DNA of 64,000 nucleotides from Squalus acanthias (Eukaryota). The stretch lies in assembly GCA_030390025.1 (NCBI GenBank), contig CM059438.1, positions 55,554,001-55,618,000 of the forward strand, given 5' to 3'. Positions 20,887-35,800 of the stretch are shown piece by piece. Positions within the stretch are counted from its first letter, which is position 1; each line of letters starts with the position of its first letter. The notes under the pieces are model-generated. The model did no database searches. It worked only from the letters and a program-made list of their open reading frames with translations, and was not told where the DNA came from. A program made the translations under genes and the position numbers.

Positions 20887-23800
20887 CAGTGAGAGTCAGT
20901 GCCCATGGAACTCGTACCCTAGTGACAGTCAGTGTATGTGGAACACGTACCCCAGTGAGAGTCAGTGTGTGTGGGACTCATACCCCAGTGAGAGTCAGTG
21001 TCTGTGGAACCCATACCCCAGTGAGAGTCAGTGTCTGTGGGACCCGTACCCCAGTGAGAGTCAGTGTCTGTGGGACCCGTAACCCAGTGAGAGTCAATGT
21101 CTGTGGAACCCGTACCCCAGTGAGAATCAGTGTGTGTGGGACCCATACCCAAGTGAGAGTCAGTGTCTGTGGAACTGTACCCCAGTGAGTGTCAGTGTCT
21201 GTGGAAGTCGTACCCCATTGAGAGTCAGTGTGTATGGAACCCATACCCCAGTGAGAGTCAGTGCCTGTGGAACCTGTACCCCAGTGAAAGTCAGTGTCTG
21301 TGGAACCCATACCCCAGTGAGAGTCAGTGTCTGTGGAACCCATACCACAGTTAGAGTCAGTGCCTGTGGAAACCATACCCCAGTGAGATTCAGTGCCTGT
21401 GAAAACCGTTCCCCAGTGAGAGTCAGTGTCTGTGGAACCCATACCTCAGTGAGAGTCAGTGCCTGTGAAACCCGTTCCCCAGTGAGAGTCAGTGTCTGTG
21501 GAACCCATACCGCAGTGAGAGTCAGTGTCTGTGGAACTCGTTCCCCAGTGAGAGTCAGTGCCTGTGAAACCCGTTCCCCAGTGAGAGTCAGTGTCTGTGG
21601 AACCCATACCCCAGTGAGAGTCAGTGTCCGTGGAACTCGTACCCCAGTGATAGTCAGTGCCTGTGGAACCTGTACCCGAGTGAGAGTCAGTGCCTGTGGA
21701 ACCCGTACCCCAGTGACAGGCCCTGCCCAAGAACCCGTACCCCAGTGACAGCCCCTGCCCAAGGACCCGTACTCCAGTGACAGTCCCTGCCCAAGGACCC
21801 ATACCCCAGCGACAGTCCCTGCCCAAGGACCCGTACCCCAGTGACAGTCACTGCCCTAGGGCCCGTACCCAAGTGAGAGACAGTGCCCAAGGACCCGTAC
21901 CCCAGTGAGAGACAGTGCCCAAGGACCCGTACCCCAGTGACAGTCCCGGCCCAAGGACCCGTACCCCAGTGACAGTCACTGCCCAAGGGCCCGTACCCCA
22001 GTGAGAGTCAAAGCCTGTAATACCTATACTCCAGTGAGAATCAGTGTCTGTGGAACTCGTAACCCAGTGAGAGTCAGTGTCTGTGGAATTCGTACCCCAG
22101 TGAGAGTCAGTGCCTGTGAAACCCGTACCCCAGTGAGAGTCAGTGCCCATGGAACTCGTACCCTAGTGACAGTCAGTGTATGTGGAACACGTACCCCAGT
22201 GAGAGTCAGTGTGTGTGGGACTCATACCCCAGTGAGAGTCAGTGTCTGTGGAACCCATACCCCAGTGAGAGTCAGTGTCTGTGGGACCCGTACCCCAGTG
22301 AGAGTCAGTGTCTGTGGGACCCGTACCCCAGTGAGAGTCAATCTCTGTGGAACCCGTACCCCAGTGAGAATCAGTGTGTGTGGGACCCATACCCAAGTGA
22401 GAGTCAGTGTCTGTGGAACTGTACCCCAGTGAGGGTCAATGCCCATGGAACTCGTACCCGAGTGACAGTCAGTGTCTGTGGAACCCGTACCCCAGTGACA
22501 GTCAGTGTCTGTGAAACCCATACCCCAGTGAGAATCAGTGTCTGTGGGACTCATACCCCAGTGAGAGTCAGTGCCTGTGAAACCAGTTCCCCAGTGAGAG
22601 TCAGTGCCCATGGAACTTGTACCCTAGTGACAGTCAGTGTCTGTGGAATACGTACCCCAGTGAGAGTCAGTGTGTGTGGAACACATACCCCAGTGACAGA
22701 TCCTGCCGAAGGAACCGTACCCCAGTGACAGTCCCTGCCCAAGGACACGTACCCCAGTGACAGTCCTTGCCCAAGGACCCGTACCCCAGTGACAGTCCCT
22801 GCCCAAGGACCCATACCCCAGTGACAGTCCCTGCCCAAGGGCCCGTACCCCAGTGACAGCCCCTGCCCAAGGACCCGTACCCCACTGACAGTCACTGCCC
22901 AAGGGCCCGTACCCCAGTGAGAGTCAAAGCCTGTAATGCCCATACCCCAGTGAAAGTCAGTGTCTGTGGAACTCGTACCCCAGTGAGAGTCAGTGTCTGT
23001 GGAACTTGTACCCCAGTGAGTGTCAGTGCCTGCGGAACTGTACCCCAGTGAGAGTCAGAGCCTGTGAAACCCGTTCCCCAGTGAGAGTCAAAGCCTGTAA
23101 TGCCCATACCCCAGTGAAAGTCAGTGTCTGTGGAACTCGTACCCCAGTGAGAGTCAGTGTCTGTGGAACTTGTACCCCAGGGAGAGTCAGTGCCCGAGGA
23201 ACCCATACACCAGTGAGAGTCAGTGTCTGTGAAACCCATACCCCAGTGAGAATCAATTTCTGTGGAACCCATACCCCAGTGAGAGTCAGTGCCCATGGAA
23301 CTCGTACCCTAGTGACAGTCAGTATCTGTGGAACCCGTACCCCAGTGAGAGTCAGTGTGTGTGGGACCCATACCCCAGTGAGAGTCAGTGCCTGTGAAAC
23401 CCGTTCCCCAGTGAGAGTCAGTGCACATGGAACTCGTACCCTAGTGACAGTCAGTGTCTGTGGAACCCGTACCCCAATGAGAGTCAGTGTGTGTGGGATT
23501 CATACCCCAGTGAGAGTCAGTGTCTGTGGAACCCATACCCCAGTGAGAGTCAGTGTCTGTGGGACCCGTACCCCAGGTGACAGTCAGTGCCTGTGAAACC
23601 CGTACCCCAGTGAGAGTCAGTGCCTGTGAAACCCTTACCCCAGTGAGAGTCAGTGTCTGTGGAACTGTAGCCCAGTGAGAGTCAGTGCCCATGGAACCCG
23701 TACCCCAGTGAGAGTCAGTGCCCATGGAACTTGTACCCCGGGGAGGGTCAGTGGCTGTGGAACCTGTACCCCAGAGAGAGTCAGTGTTTGTGGAACCTGA

Positions 23801-26800
23801 ACCCCAGTGAGAGTCAGTGTCTGTGGAACCTGTACCCCAGTGAGAGTCAGTGTCTGTGGAACCCTTACCCCAGTGAGAGCCAGTGTCTGTGGAACCCATA
23901 CCCCAGTGAGAGTCAGTGTCTGTGAAACCCTTACCCCAGTGAGAGTCAGTGCCTGTGGAACCAGTGCCCCAGTGAGAGTCAGTGTCTGTGGAACCAGTGC
24001 CCCAGTGAGGGTCAGTGCCTGTGAAACCCTTACCTCAGTGAGAGTCAGTGCCCCTGGAACTTGTACCCTAGTGAGAGTCAGTGTCTGTGGAACCCGTACC
24101 CCAGTGAGAGTCAGTGTCTGTGGAATCTGTACCATAGTGAGAGTCAGTGTCTGTGGGACCCGTACACCAGTGAGAGTCAGTGTGTGTGGAACTTGTACCC
24201 CAGTGAAAGTCAGTGTCTGCGGAACCTGTACCCGATTGAGAGTCAGGGCCCATTTAACTCGTTCCCCAGTGAGAGTCAGTGCCTGTGGAACCCGTACCCC
24301 AGTGAGAGTCAGTGCCCATGGAACTTGTACCCCGGGGAGGGTCAGTGGCTGTGGAACCTGTACCCCAGTGAGAGTCAGTGTTTGTGGAACCTGTACCCCA
24401 GTGAGAGTCAGTGTCTGTGGAACCTGTACCCCAGTGAGAGTCAGTGTCTGTGGAACCCTTACCCCAGTGAGAGCCATTGTCTGTGGAACCCATACCCCAG
24501 TGAGAGTCAGTGCCTGTGAAACCCTTACCCCAGTGATAGTCAGTGCCTGTGGAACCAGTGCCCCAGAGAGGGTCAGTGTCTGTGGAAACCGTACCCCAGT
24601 GAGAGTCAGTGTCTGTGGAAACTGTACCATAGTGAGAGTCAGTGTCTGTGGGACCCGTACCCCAGTGAGAGTCAGTGCCCATGGAACTTGTACCCCGGGG
24701 AGGGTCACTGGCTGTGGAACCTGTACGGCAGTGAGAGTCAGTGTTTGTGGAACCTGTACCCCAGTGAGAGTCAGTGTCAATGGAACTCGTACCCCAGGGA
24801 GAGTCAGTGCCCGATGAACCCATACACTCATGAGAGTCAGTGTCTATGAAACCCATACACCATTGAGAATCAGTGTCTGTGGAACCCATACCCGAGTGAG
24901 AGTCAGTGCCCATGGAACTCGTACCCTAGTGACAGTCAGTGTCTGTGGAACCCGTACCCCAGTGAGAGTCAGTGTGTGTGGGACCCATACCCCAGTGAGA
25001 GTCAGTGCCTGTGAAACCCGTTCCCCAGTGAGAGTCAGTGCCCATGGAACTCGTACCCTAGTGACAGTCAGTGTCTGTGGAACCCGTACCCCAGTGAGAG
25101 TCAGTGTGTGTGGAACCTGTACCCCAGTGAGAGTCAGTGTCTGTGGAACCTGTACCCCAGTGAGAGTCAGTGCCCGAGGAACCCATACCCCAGTGAGGGT
25201 CAGTACCCGGAGAACCATTAGCCCAGTGAGAGTCAGTACCCCTTGACCTGTACCCTAGTGAGAGACGCTGTCCATGGAGCCGATACCCAGGGAGGGTACG
25301 TGCCTTTGGAGCCTGTACCCCAGTGTGAGTCAGTGCCCGAGGAACCCATACACCAGTGAGAGTCAGTGTCTGTGAAACCCATACCCCAGTGAGAATCAGT
25401 GTCTGTGGAACCCATACCCCAGTGAGAGTCAGTGCCCATGGAACTCGTACCCCAGTGAGAGTCAGTTTGTGTGGGACTCATACCCCAGTGAGAGTCAGTG
25501 TCTGTGGAACCCATACCCCAGTGAGAGTCAGTGTCTGTGGGACCCGTACCCCAGTGAGAGTCAGTGTCTGTGGGACCCGTACCCCAGTGAGAGTCAATCT
25601 CTGTGGAACCGGTACCCTAGTGAGAATCAGTGTGTGTGGGACCCATACCCAAGTGAGAGTCAGTGTCTGTGGAACTGTACCCCAGTGAGAGTCAATGCCC
25701 ATGGAACTCGTACCCGAGTGACAGTCAGTGTCTGTGGAGCCTGTACCCCAGTGACAGTCAGTGCCTGTGAAACCCGTACCCAAGTGAGAGTCAGTGCCCC
25801 CGGAACTCGCACCCTAGTGAGAGTCAGTGTCTGTGAAACCCATACCCCAGTGAGAATCAGTGTCTGTGGGACTCATACCCCAGTGAGAGTCAGTGCCTGT
25901 GACACCACTTCCCCAATGAGAATCAGTGCCCATGGAACTCGTACCCTAGTGACAGTCAGTGTCTGTGGAATACGTATCCCAGTGAGAGTCAGTGTGTGTG
26001 GGACCCATACCCCAGTGACAGTCAGTGCCTGTGAAACCCGTTCCCCAGTGAGAGTCAGTGCCCATGGAACTCGTACCCCAGTGAGAGTCAGTGTCTGTGG
26101 AACCCATACCCCAGTGAGAGTCAGTGTCTGTCGAACCCATACCCCAGTGAGAGTCAGTGTCTGTGGAACCCATACCCCAGTGAGAGTCAGTGCCCATGGA
26201 ACTCGTACCCTCGTGAGAGTCAGTGTCTGTGGAACCCATACCCCAGTGAGAGTCAGTGTCTGTCGAACCCATACCCCAGTGAGAGTCAGTGTCTGTGGAA
26301 CCCATACCCCAGTGAGAGTCAGTGCCCATGGAACTCGTACCCCAGGGAGAGTCAGTGCCCGAGGAATCCATACACCAGTGAGAGTCAGTGCCCATGGAAC
26401 TCGTAACCTAGTGAGAGTCAGTGTCTGTGGAACCCGTACACCAGTGAGAGTCAGTGTCTGTGTAACCCATACCCCAGTGAGAGTCGGTGTCTGTGGGACC
26501 CGTACCCCAGTGACAGTCAGTGCCTGTGAAACCCATACCCCAGTGACAGTCAGTGCCTGTGAAACCCGTTCCCCAGCGAGAGTCAGTGCCCCTGGAACTC
26601 GTACCCTAGTGAGAGTAAGTGTCTGTGGAACCCGTACCCCAGTGAGAGTCAGTGTCTGTGAAACCCATACCCCAGTGAGAATCAGTGTCTGTGGAACCCA
26701 TACTCCAGTGAGAGTCAGTGCCCCTGGAACTCGTACCCTAGTGACAGTCAGTGTCTGTGGAACCCGTACCCCAGTGAGAGTCACTGTCTGTGGAACCCAT

Positions 26801-29800
26801 ACCCAAGTGAGAGTCAGTGCCTGTGAAAGCCATACCCCAATGACAGTCAGTGCCTGTGAAACCCGTACCCAAGTGAGAGTCAGTGCCCCCGGAACTCGTA
26901 CCCTAGTGAGAGTCAGTGTCTGTGAAACCCATACCCCAGTGAGAATCAGTGTCTGTGGGACTCATACCGCAGTGAGAGTCAGTGCCCATGGAACTCGTAC
27001 CCCAGGGAGAGTCAGTGCCCGAGGAATCCATACACCAGTGAGAGTCAGTGCCCATGGAACTCGTACCCTAGTGACAGTCAGTGTCTGTGGAACAAGTACC
27101 CAAGTGAGAGTCAGTGTGTGTGGGACTCATACCCAAGTGAGAGTCAGTGTCTGTGGGACCCGTACCCCAGTGAGAGTCAGTGTCTGTGGGACCCGTACCC
27201 CAGTGAGAGTCAATCTCTGTGGAACCCGTACCCCAGTGAGAATCAGTGTCTGTGGAACCCGTACCCCAGTGAGAGTCAGTGTCTGTGGAACCCGTACCCC
27301 AGTGAGAGTCAGTGTCTGTGGAACCCGTACCCCAGTGAGAGTCAGTGTCTGTGGAACCCGTACCCCAGTGAGAGTCAGTGTCTGTGGAACCCGTACCCCA
27401 GTGAGAGTCAGTGTCTGTGGAACCCGTACCCCAGTGAGAGTCAGTGTCTGTGGAACCCGTACCCCAGTGAGAGTCAGTGTCTGTGGAACCCGTACCCCAG
27501 TGAGAGTCAGTGTCTGTGGAACCGTACCCCAGTGAGAGTCAGTGTCTGTGGAACCGTACCCCAGTGAGAGTCAGTGTCTGTGGAACCCGTACCCCAGTGA
27601 GAGTCAGTGTCTGTGGAACCCGTACCCCAGTGAGAGTCAGTGTCTGTGGAACCCGTACCCCAGTGAGAGTCAGTGTCTGTGGAACCCGTACCCCAGTGAG
27701 AGTCAGTGTCTGTGGAACCCGTACCCCAGTGAGAGTCAGTGTCTGTGGAACCCGTACACCAGTGAGAGTCAGTGTCTGTGTAACCCATACCCCAGTGAGA
27801 GTCGGTGTCTGTGGGACCCGTACCCCAGTGACAGTCAGTGCCTGTGAAACCCATACCCCAGTGACAGTCAGTGCCTGTGAAACCCGTTCCCCAGCGAGAG
27901 TCAGTGCCCCTGGAACTCGTACCCTAGTGAGAGTAAGTGTCTGTGGAACCCGTACCCCAGTGAGAGTCAGTGTCTGTGAAACCCATACCCCAGTGAGAAT
28001 CAGTGTCTGTGGAACCCATACTCCAGTGAGAGTCAGTGCCCCTGGAACTCGTACCCTAGTGACAGTCAGTGTCTGTGGAACCCGTACCCCAGTGAGAGTC
28101 ACTGTCTGTGGAACCCATACCCAAGTGAGAGTCAGTGCCTGTGAAAGCCATACCCCAATGACAGTCAGTGCCTGTGAAACCCGTACCCAAGTGAGAGTCA
28201 GTGCCCCCGGAACTCGTACCCTAGTGAGAGTCAGTGTCTGTGAAACCCATACCCCAGTGAGAATCAGTGTCTGTGGACTCATACCGCAGTGAGAGTCAGT
28301 GCCCATGGAACTCGTACCCCAGGGAGAGTCAGTGCCCGAGGATCCATACACCAGTGAGAGTCAGTGCCCATGGAACTCGTACCCTAGTGACAGTCAGTGT
28401 CTGTGGAACAAGTACCCAAGTGAGAGTCAGTGTGTGTGGGACTCATACCCAAGTGAGAGTCAGTGTCTGTGGGACCCGTACCCCAGTGAGAGTCAGTGTC
28501 TGTGGACCCGTACCCCAGTGAGAGTCAATCTCTGTGGAACCCGTACCCCAGTGAGAATCAGTGTGTGTGGGACCCATACCCAAGTGAGAGTCAGTGTCTG
28601 TGGAACTGTACCCCAGTGAGAGTCAATGCCCATGGAACTCGTATCCGAGTGACAGTCAGTGTCTGTGGAGCCCGTACCCCAGTGACAGTCAGTGCCTGTG
28701 AAACCCGTACCCAAGTGAGAGTCAGTTCCCCCGGAACTCGTACCCTAGTGAGAGTCAGTGTCTGTGAAACCCATACCCCAGTGAGAATCAGTGTCTGTGG
28801 GACTCATACCCCAGTGAGAGTCAGTGCCTGTGAAACCACTTCCCCAATGAGAGTCAGTGCCCATGGAACTCGTACCCTAGTGACAGTCAGTGTCTGTGGA
28901 ATACGTACCCCAGTGAGAGTCAGTGTGTGTGGGTCCCATACCCCAGTGACAGTCAGTGCCTGTGAAACCCGTTCCCCAGTGAGAGTCAGTGCCCATGGAA
29001 CTCGTACCCCAGTGAGAGTCAGTGTCTGTGGAAACCATACCCCAGTGAGAGTCAGTGTGTGTGGGACTCATACCCCAGTGAGAGTCAGTGTCTGTGGAAC
29101 CCATACCCCAGTGAGAGTCAGTGTCTGTGGAACCCATACCCCAGTGAGAGTCAGTGTCTGTCGAACCCATACCCCAGTGAGAGTCAGTGTCTGTGGAACC
29201 CATACCCCAGTGAGAGTCAGTGCCCATGGAACTCGTACCCTCGTGAGAGTCAGTGTCTGTGGAACCCATACCCCAGTGAGAGTCAGTGTCTGTCGAACCC
29301 ATACCCCAGTGAGAGTCAGTGTCTGTGGAACCCATACCCCAGTGAGAGTCAGTGCCCATGGAACTCGTACCCCAGGGAGAGTCAGTGCCCGAGGAATCCA
29401 TACACCAGTGAGAGTCAGTGCCCATGAAACTCGTAACCTAGTGAGAGTCAGTGTCTGTGAAACCCATACCCCAGTGAGAGTCAGTGTCTGTGGAACCCGT
29501 ACCCCAGTGACAGTCAGTGCCTGTGAAACCCATACCCCAGTGACAGCCAGTGCCTGTGAAACCTGTTCCCCTGTGAGAGTCAGTGCCCCTGGAACTCGTA
29601 CCCTAGTGAGAGTAAGTGTCTGTGGAACCCGTACCCCAGTGAGAGTCAGTGTCTGTGAAACCCATACCCCAGTGAGAATCAGTGTCTGTGGAACCCATAC
29701 CCCAGTGAGAGTCAGTGCCCCTGGAACTCGTACCCTAGTGACAGTCAGTGTCTGTGGAACCCGTACCCCAGTGAGAGTCAGTTTCTGTGGAACTCATACC

Positions 29801-32800
29801 CCAGTGAGAGTCAGTGCCTGTGAAAGCCTTACCCCAGTGAGAGTCAGTGTCTGTGGGACCCGTACCCCAGTGAGAGTCAGTGCCCATGGAACTCGTACCC
29901 GAGTGACAGTCAGTGTCTGTGGAACCGGTACCCCAATGACAGTCAGTGCCTGTGAAACCCGTACCCAAGTGAGAGTCAGTGCCCCCGGAACTCGTACCCT
30001 AGTGAGAGTCAGTGTCTGTGAAACCCATACCCCAGTGAGAATCAGTGTCTGTGGGACTCATACCGCAGTGAGAGTCAGTGCCCATGGAACTCGTACCCCA
30101 GGGAGAGTCAGTGTGTGTGGGACTCATACCCCAGTGAGAGTCATTGTCTGTGAATCCCATACCCCAGTGAGAATCAGTGTCTGTGGGACTCATACCCCAG
30201 TGAGAGTCAGTGCCTGTGAAACCAGTTCCCCAGTGAGAGTCAGTGCCCATGGAACTCGTACCCCAGTGAGAGTCAGTGTCTGTGGAATACGTACCCCAGT
30301 GAGAGTCAGTGTGTGTGGGACCCATACCCCAGTGACAGTCAGTGCCTGTGAAACCCGTTCCCCAGTGAGAGTCAGTGCCCATGGAACTCGTACCCCAGTG
30401 AGAGTCAGTGTCTGTGGAAACCATACCCCAGTGAGAGTCAGTGTGTGTGGGACTCATACCCCAGTGAGAGTCAGTGTCTGTGGAACCCATACCCCAGTGA
30501 GAGTCAGTGCCTGTGAAACCCGTACCCCAGTGAGAGTCAGTGCCTGTGAAAGCCTTACCCCAGTGAGAGTCAGTGTCTGTGGGACCCGTACCCCAGAGAG
30601 AGTCAGTGTGTGTGGGACCCGTACCCCAGTGAGAGTCAGTGTCTGTGGAACTGTACCCCAGTGAGAGTCAGTGTCTGTGGAAGTCGTACCCCATTGAGAG
30701 TCAGTGTGTATGGAACCCATACCCCAGTGAGAGTCAGTGCCTGTGGAACCTGTACCCCAGTGAGAGTCAGTGTCTGTGGAACCCATACCCCAGTGAGAGT
30801 CAGTGCCTGTGGAACCCATACCCCAGTGACAGACCCTGCCGAAGGAACCGTACCCCAGTGACAGTCCCTGCCCAAGGACCCGTACCCCTGTGACAGCCCC
30901 TGCCCAAGGACCCGTACCCCAGTGACAGTCCCTGCCCAAGGACCTGTACCCCAGTGACAGTCCCTGCCCAAGGGCCCGTACCCCAGTGACAGCCCCTGCC
31001 CAAGGACCCGTACCCCAGTGACAGTCACTGCCCAAGGGCCCGTACCCCAGTGAGAGTCAAAGCCTGTAATGCCCATACCCCAGTGAAAGTCAGTGTCTGT
31101 GGAACTCGTACCCCAGTGAGAGTCAGTGTCTATGGAACTTGTACCCCAGTGAGTGTCAGTGCCTGTGAAACCCGTTCCCCAGTGAGAGTCAGTGTCTGTG
31201 GAACCCATACCCCAGTGAGAGTCAGTGCCTGTGAAACCCGTTCCCCAGTGAGAGTCAGTGTCTGTGGAACCCATACCGCAGTGAGAGTCAGTGTCTGTGG
31301 AACTCGTTCCCCAGTGAGAGTCAGTGCCTGTGAAACCCGTTCCCCAGTGAGAGTCAGTGTCTGTGGAACCCATACCCCAGTGAGAGTCAGTGTCTGTGGA
31401 ACTCGTACCCCAGTGATAGTCAGTGCCTGTGGAACCTGTACCCGAGTGAGAGTCAGTGCCTGTGGAACCCGTACCCCAGTGAAAGTCCCTGCCCAAGAAC
31501 CCGTACCCCAGTGACAGTCCCTGCCCAAGGACCCGTACCCCAGTGACAGTCCCTGCCCAAGGAACCATACCCCAGCGACAGTCCCTGCCCAAGGACCGTA
31601 CCCCAGTGACAGCCCCTGCCCAAGGACCCGTACTCCAGTGACAGTCCCTGCCCAAGGACCCATACCCCAGCGACAGTCCCTGCCCAAGGACCCGTACCCC
31701 AGTGACAGTCACTGCCCTAGGGCCCGTACCCAAGTGAGAGACAGTGCCCAAGGACCCGTACCCCAGTGAGAGACAGTGCCCAAGCACCCGTACCCCAGTG
31801 ACAGTCCCGGCCCAAGGACCCATACCCCAGTGACAGTCACTGCCCAAGGGCCCGTACCCCAGTGAGAGTCAAAACCTGTAATACCTATACTCCAGTGAGA
31901 ATCAGTGTCTGTGGAACTCGTAACCCAGTGAGAGTCAGTGTCTGCGGAATTCGTACCCCAGTGAGAGTCAGTGCCTGTGAAACCCGTACCCCAGTGAGAG
32001 TCAGTGCCCATGGAACTCGTACCCTAGTGACAGTCAGTGTATGTGGAACACGTACCCCAGTGAGAGTCAGTGTGTGTGGGACTCATACCCCAGTGAGAGT
32101 CAGTGTCTGTGGAACCCATACCCCAGTGAGAGTCAGTGTCTGTGGGACCCGTACTCCAGTGAGAGTCAGTGTCTGTGGGACCCGTAACCCAGTGAGAGTC
32201 AATGTCTGTGGAACCCGTACCCCAGTGAGAATCAGTGTGTGTGGGACCCATACCCAAGTGAGAGTCAGTGTCTGTGGAACTGTACCCCAGTGAGTGTCAG
32301 TGTCTGTGGAAGTCGTACCCCATTGAGAGTCAGTGTGTATGGAACCCATACCCCAGTGAGAGTCAGTGCCTGTGGAACCTGTACCCCAGTGAAAGTCAGT
32401 GTCTGTGGAACCCATACCCCAGTGAGAGTCAGTGTCTGTGGAACCCATACCACAGTTAGAGTCAGTGCCTGTGGAAACCATACCCCAGTGAGATTCAGTG
32501 CCTGTGAAAACCGTTCCCCAGTGAGAGTCAGTGTCTGTGGAACCCATACCTCAGTGAGAGTCAGTGCCTGTGAAACCCGTTCCCCAGTGAGAGTCAGTGT
32601 CTGTGGAACCCATACCGCAGTGAGAGTCAGTGTCTGTGGAACTCGTTCCCCAGTGAGAGTCAGTGCCTGTGAAACCCGTTCCCCAGTGAGAGTCAGTGTC
32701 TGTGGAACCCATACCCCAGTGAGAGTCAGTGTCCGTGGAACTCGTACCCCAGTGATAGTCAGTGCCTGTGGAACCTGTACCCGAGTGAGAGTCAGTGCCT

Positions 32801-35800
32801 GTGGAACCCGTACCCCAGTGACAGGCCCTGCCCAAGAACCCGTACCCCAGTGACAGCCCCTGCCCAAGGACCCGTACTCCAGTGACAGTCCCTGCCCAAG
32901 GACCCATACCCCAGCGACAGTCCCTGCCCAAGGACCCGTACCCCAGTGACAGTCACTGCCCTAGGGCCCGTACCCAAGTGAGAGACAGTGCCCAAGGACC
33001 CGTACCCCAGTGAGAGACAGTGCCCAAGGACCCGTACCCCAGTGACAGTCCCGGCCCAAGGACCCGTACCCCAGTGACAGTCACTGCCCAAGGGCCCGTA
33101 CCCCAGTGAGAGTCAAAGCCTGTAATACCTATACTCCAGTGAGAATCAGTGTCTGTGGAACTCGTAACCCAGTGAGAGTCAGTGTCTGTGGAATTCGTAC
33201 CCCAGTGAGAGTCAGTGCCTGTGAAACCCGTACCCCAGTGAGAGTCAGTGCCCATGGAACTCGTACCCTAGTGACAGTCAGTGTATGTGGAACACGTACC
33301 CCAGTGAGAGTCAGTGTGTGTGGGACTCATACCCCAGTGAGAGTCAGTGTCTGTGGAACCCATACCCCAGTGAGAGTCAGTGTCTGTGGGACCCGTACCC
33401 CAGTGAGAGTCAGTGTCTGTGGGACCCGTACCCCAGTGAGAGTCAATCTCTGTGGAACCCGTACCCCAGTGAGAATCAGTGTGTGTGGGACCCATACCCA
33501 AGTGAGAGTCAGTGTCTGTGGAACTGTACCCCAGTGAGGGTCAATGCCCATGGAACTCGTACCCGAGTGACAGTCAGTGTCTGTGGAACCCGTACCCCAG
33601 TGACAGTCAGTGTCTGTGAAACCCATACCCCAGTGAGAATCAGTGTCTGTGGGACTCATACCCCAGTGAGAGTCAGTGCCTGTGAAACCAGTTCCCCAGT
33701 GAGAGTCAGTGCCCATGGAACTTGTACCCTAGTGACAGTCAGTGTCTGTGGAATACGTACCCCAGTGAGAGTCAGTGTGTGTGGAACACATACCCCAGTG
33801 ACAGATCCTGCCGAAGGAACCGTACCCCAGTGACAGTCCCTGCCCAAGGACACGTACCCCAGTGACAGTCCTTGCCCAAGGACCCGTACCCCAGTGACAG
33901 TCCCTGCCCAAGGACCCATACCCCAGTGACAGTCCCTGCCCAAGGGCCCGTACCCCAGTGACAGCCCCTGCCCAAGGACCCGTACCCCACTGACAGTCAC
34001 TGCCCAAGGGCCCGTACCCCAGTGAGAGTCAAAGCCTGTAATGCCCATACCCCAGTGAAAGTCAGTGTCTGTGGAACTCGTACCCCAGTGAGAGTCAGTG
34101 TCTGTGGAACTTGTACCCCAGTGAGTGTCAGTGCCTGCGGAACTGTACCCCAGTGAGAGTCAGTGCCTGTGAAACCCGTTCCCCAGTGAGAGTCAAAGCC
34201 TGTAATGCCCATACCCCAGTGAAAGTCAGTGTCTGTGGAACTCGTACCCCAGTGAGAGTCAGTGTCTGTGGAACTTGTACCCCAGGGAGAGTCAGTGCCC
34301 GAGGAACCCATACACCAGTGAGAGTCAGTGTCTGTGAAACCCATACCCCAGTGAGAATCAATTTCTGTGGAACCCATACCCCAGTGAGAGTCAGTGCCCA
34401 TGGAACTCGTACCCTAGTGACAGTCAGTATCTGTGGAACCCGTACCCCAGTGAGAGTCAGTGTGTGTGGGACCCATACCCCAGTGAGAGTCAGTGCCTGT
34501 GAAACCCGTTCCCCAGTGAGAGTCAGTGCACATGGAACTCGTACCCTAGTGACAGTCAGTGTCTGTGGAACCCGTACCCCAATGAGAGTCAGTGTGTGTG
34601 GGATTCATACCCCAGTGAGAGTCAGTGTCTGTGGAACCCATACCCCAGTGAGAGTCAGTGTCTGTGGGACCCGTACCCCAGGTGACAGTCAGTGCCTGTG
34701 AAACCCGTACCCCAGTGAGAGTCAGTGCCTGTGAAACCCTTACCCCAGTGAGAGTCAGTGTCTGTGGAACTGTAGCCCAGTGAGAGTCAGTGCCCATGGA
34801 ACCCGTACCCCAGTGAGAGTCAGTGCCCATGGAACTTGTACCCCGGGGAGGGTCAGTGGCTGTGGAACCTGTACCCCAGAGAGAGTCAGTGTTTGTGGAA
34901 CCTGAACCCCAGTGAGAGTCAGTGTCTGTGGAACCTGTACCCCAGTGAGAGTCAGTGTCTGTGGAACCCTTACCCCAGTGAGAGCCAGTGTCTGTGGAAC
35001 CCATACCCCAGTGAGAGTCAGTGCCTGTGAAACCCTTACCCCAGTGAGAGTCAGTGCCTGTGGAACCAGTGCCCCAGTGAGAGTCAGTGTCTGTGGAACC
35101 AGTGCCCCAGTGAGGGTCAGTGCCTGTGAAACCCTTACCTCAGTGAGAGTCAGTGCCCCTGGAACTTGTACCCTAGTGAGAGTCAGTGTCTGTGGAACCC
35201 GTACCCCAGTGAGAGTCAGTGTCTGTGGAATCTGTACCATAGTGAGAGTCAGTGTCTGTGGGACCCGTACACCAGTGAGAGTCAGTGTGTGTGGAACTTG
35301 TACCCCAGTGAAAGTCAGTGTCTGCGGAACCTGTACCCGATTGAGAGTCAGGGCCCATTTAACTCGTTCCCCAGTGAGAGTCAGTGCCTGTGGAACCCGT
35401 ACCCCAGTGAGAGTCAGTGCCCATGGAACTTGTACCCCGGGGAGGGTCAGTGGCTGTGGAACCTGTACCCCAGTGAGAGTCAGTGTTTGTGGAACCTGTA
35501 CCCCAGTGAGAGTCAGTGTCTGTGGAACCTGTACCCCAGTGAGAGTCAGTGTCTGTGGAACCCTTACCCCAGTGAGAGCCATTGTCTGTGGAACCCATAC
35601 CCCAGTGAGAGTCAGTGCCTGTGAAACCCTTACCCCAGTGAGAGTCAGTGCCTGTGGAACCAGTGCCCCAGAGAGGGTCAGTGTCTGTGGAAACCGTACC
35701 CCAGTGAGAGTCAGTGTCTGTGGAAACTGTACCATAGTGAGAGTCAGTGTCTGTGGGACCCGTACCCCAGTGAGAGTCAGTGCCCATGGAACTTGTACCC

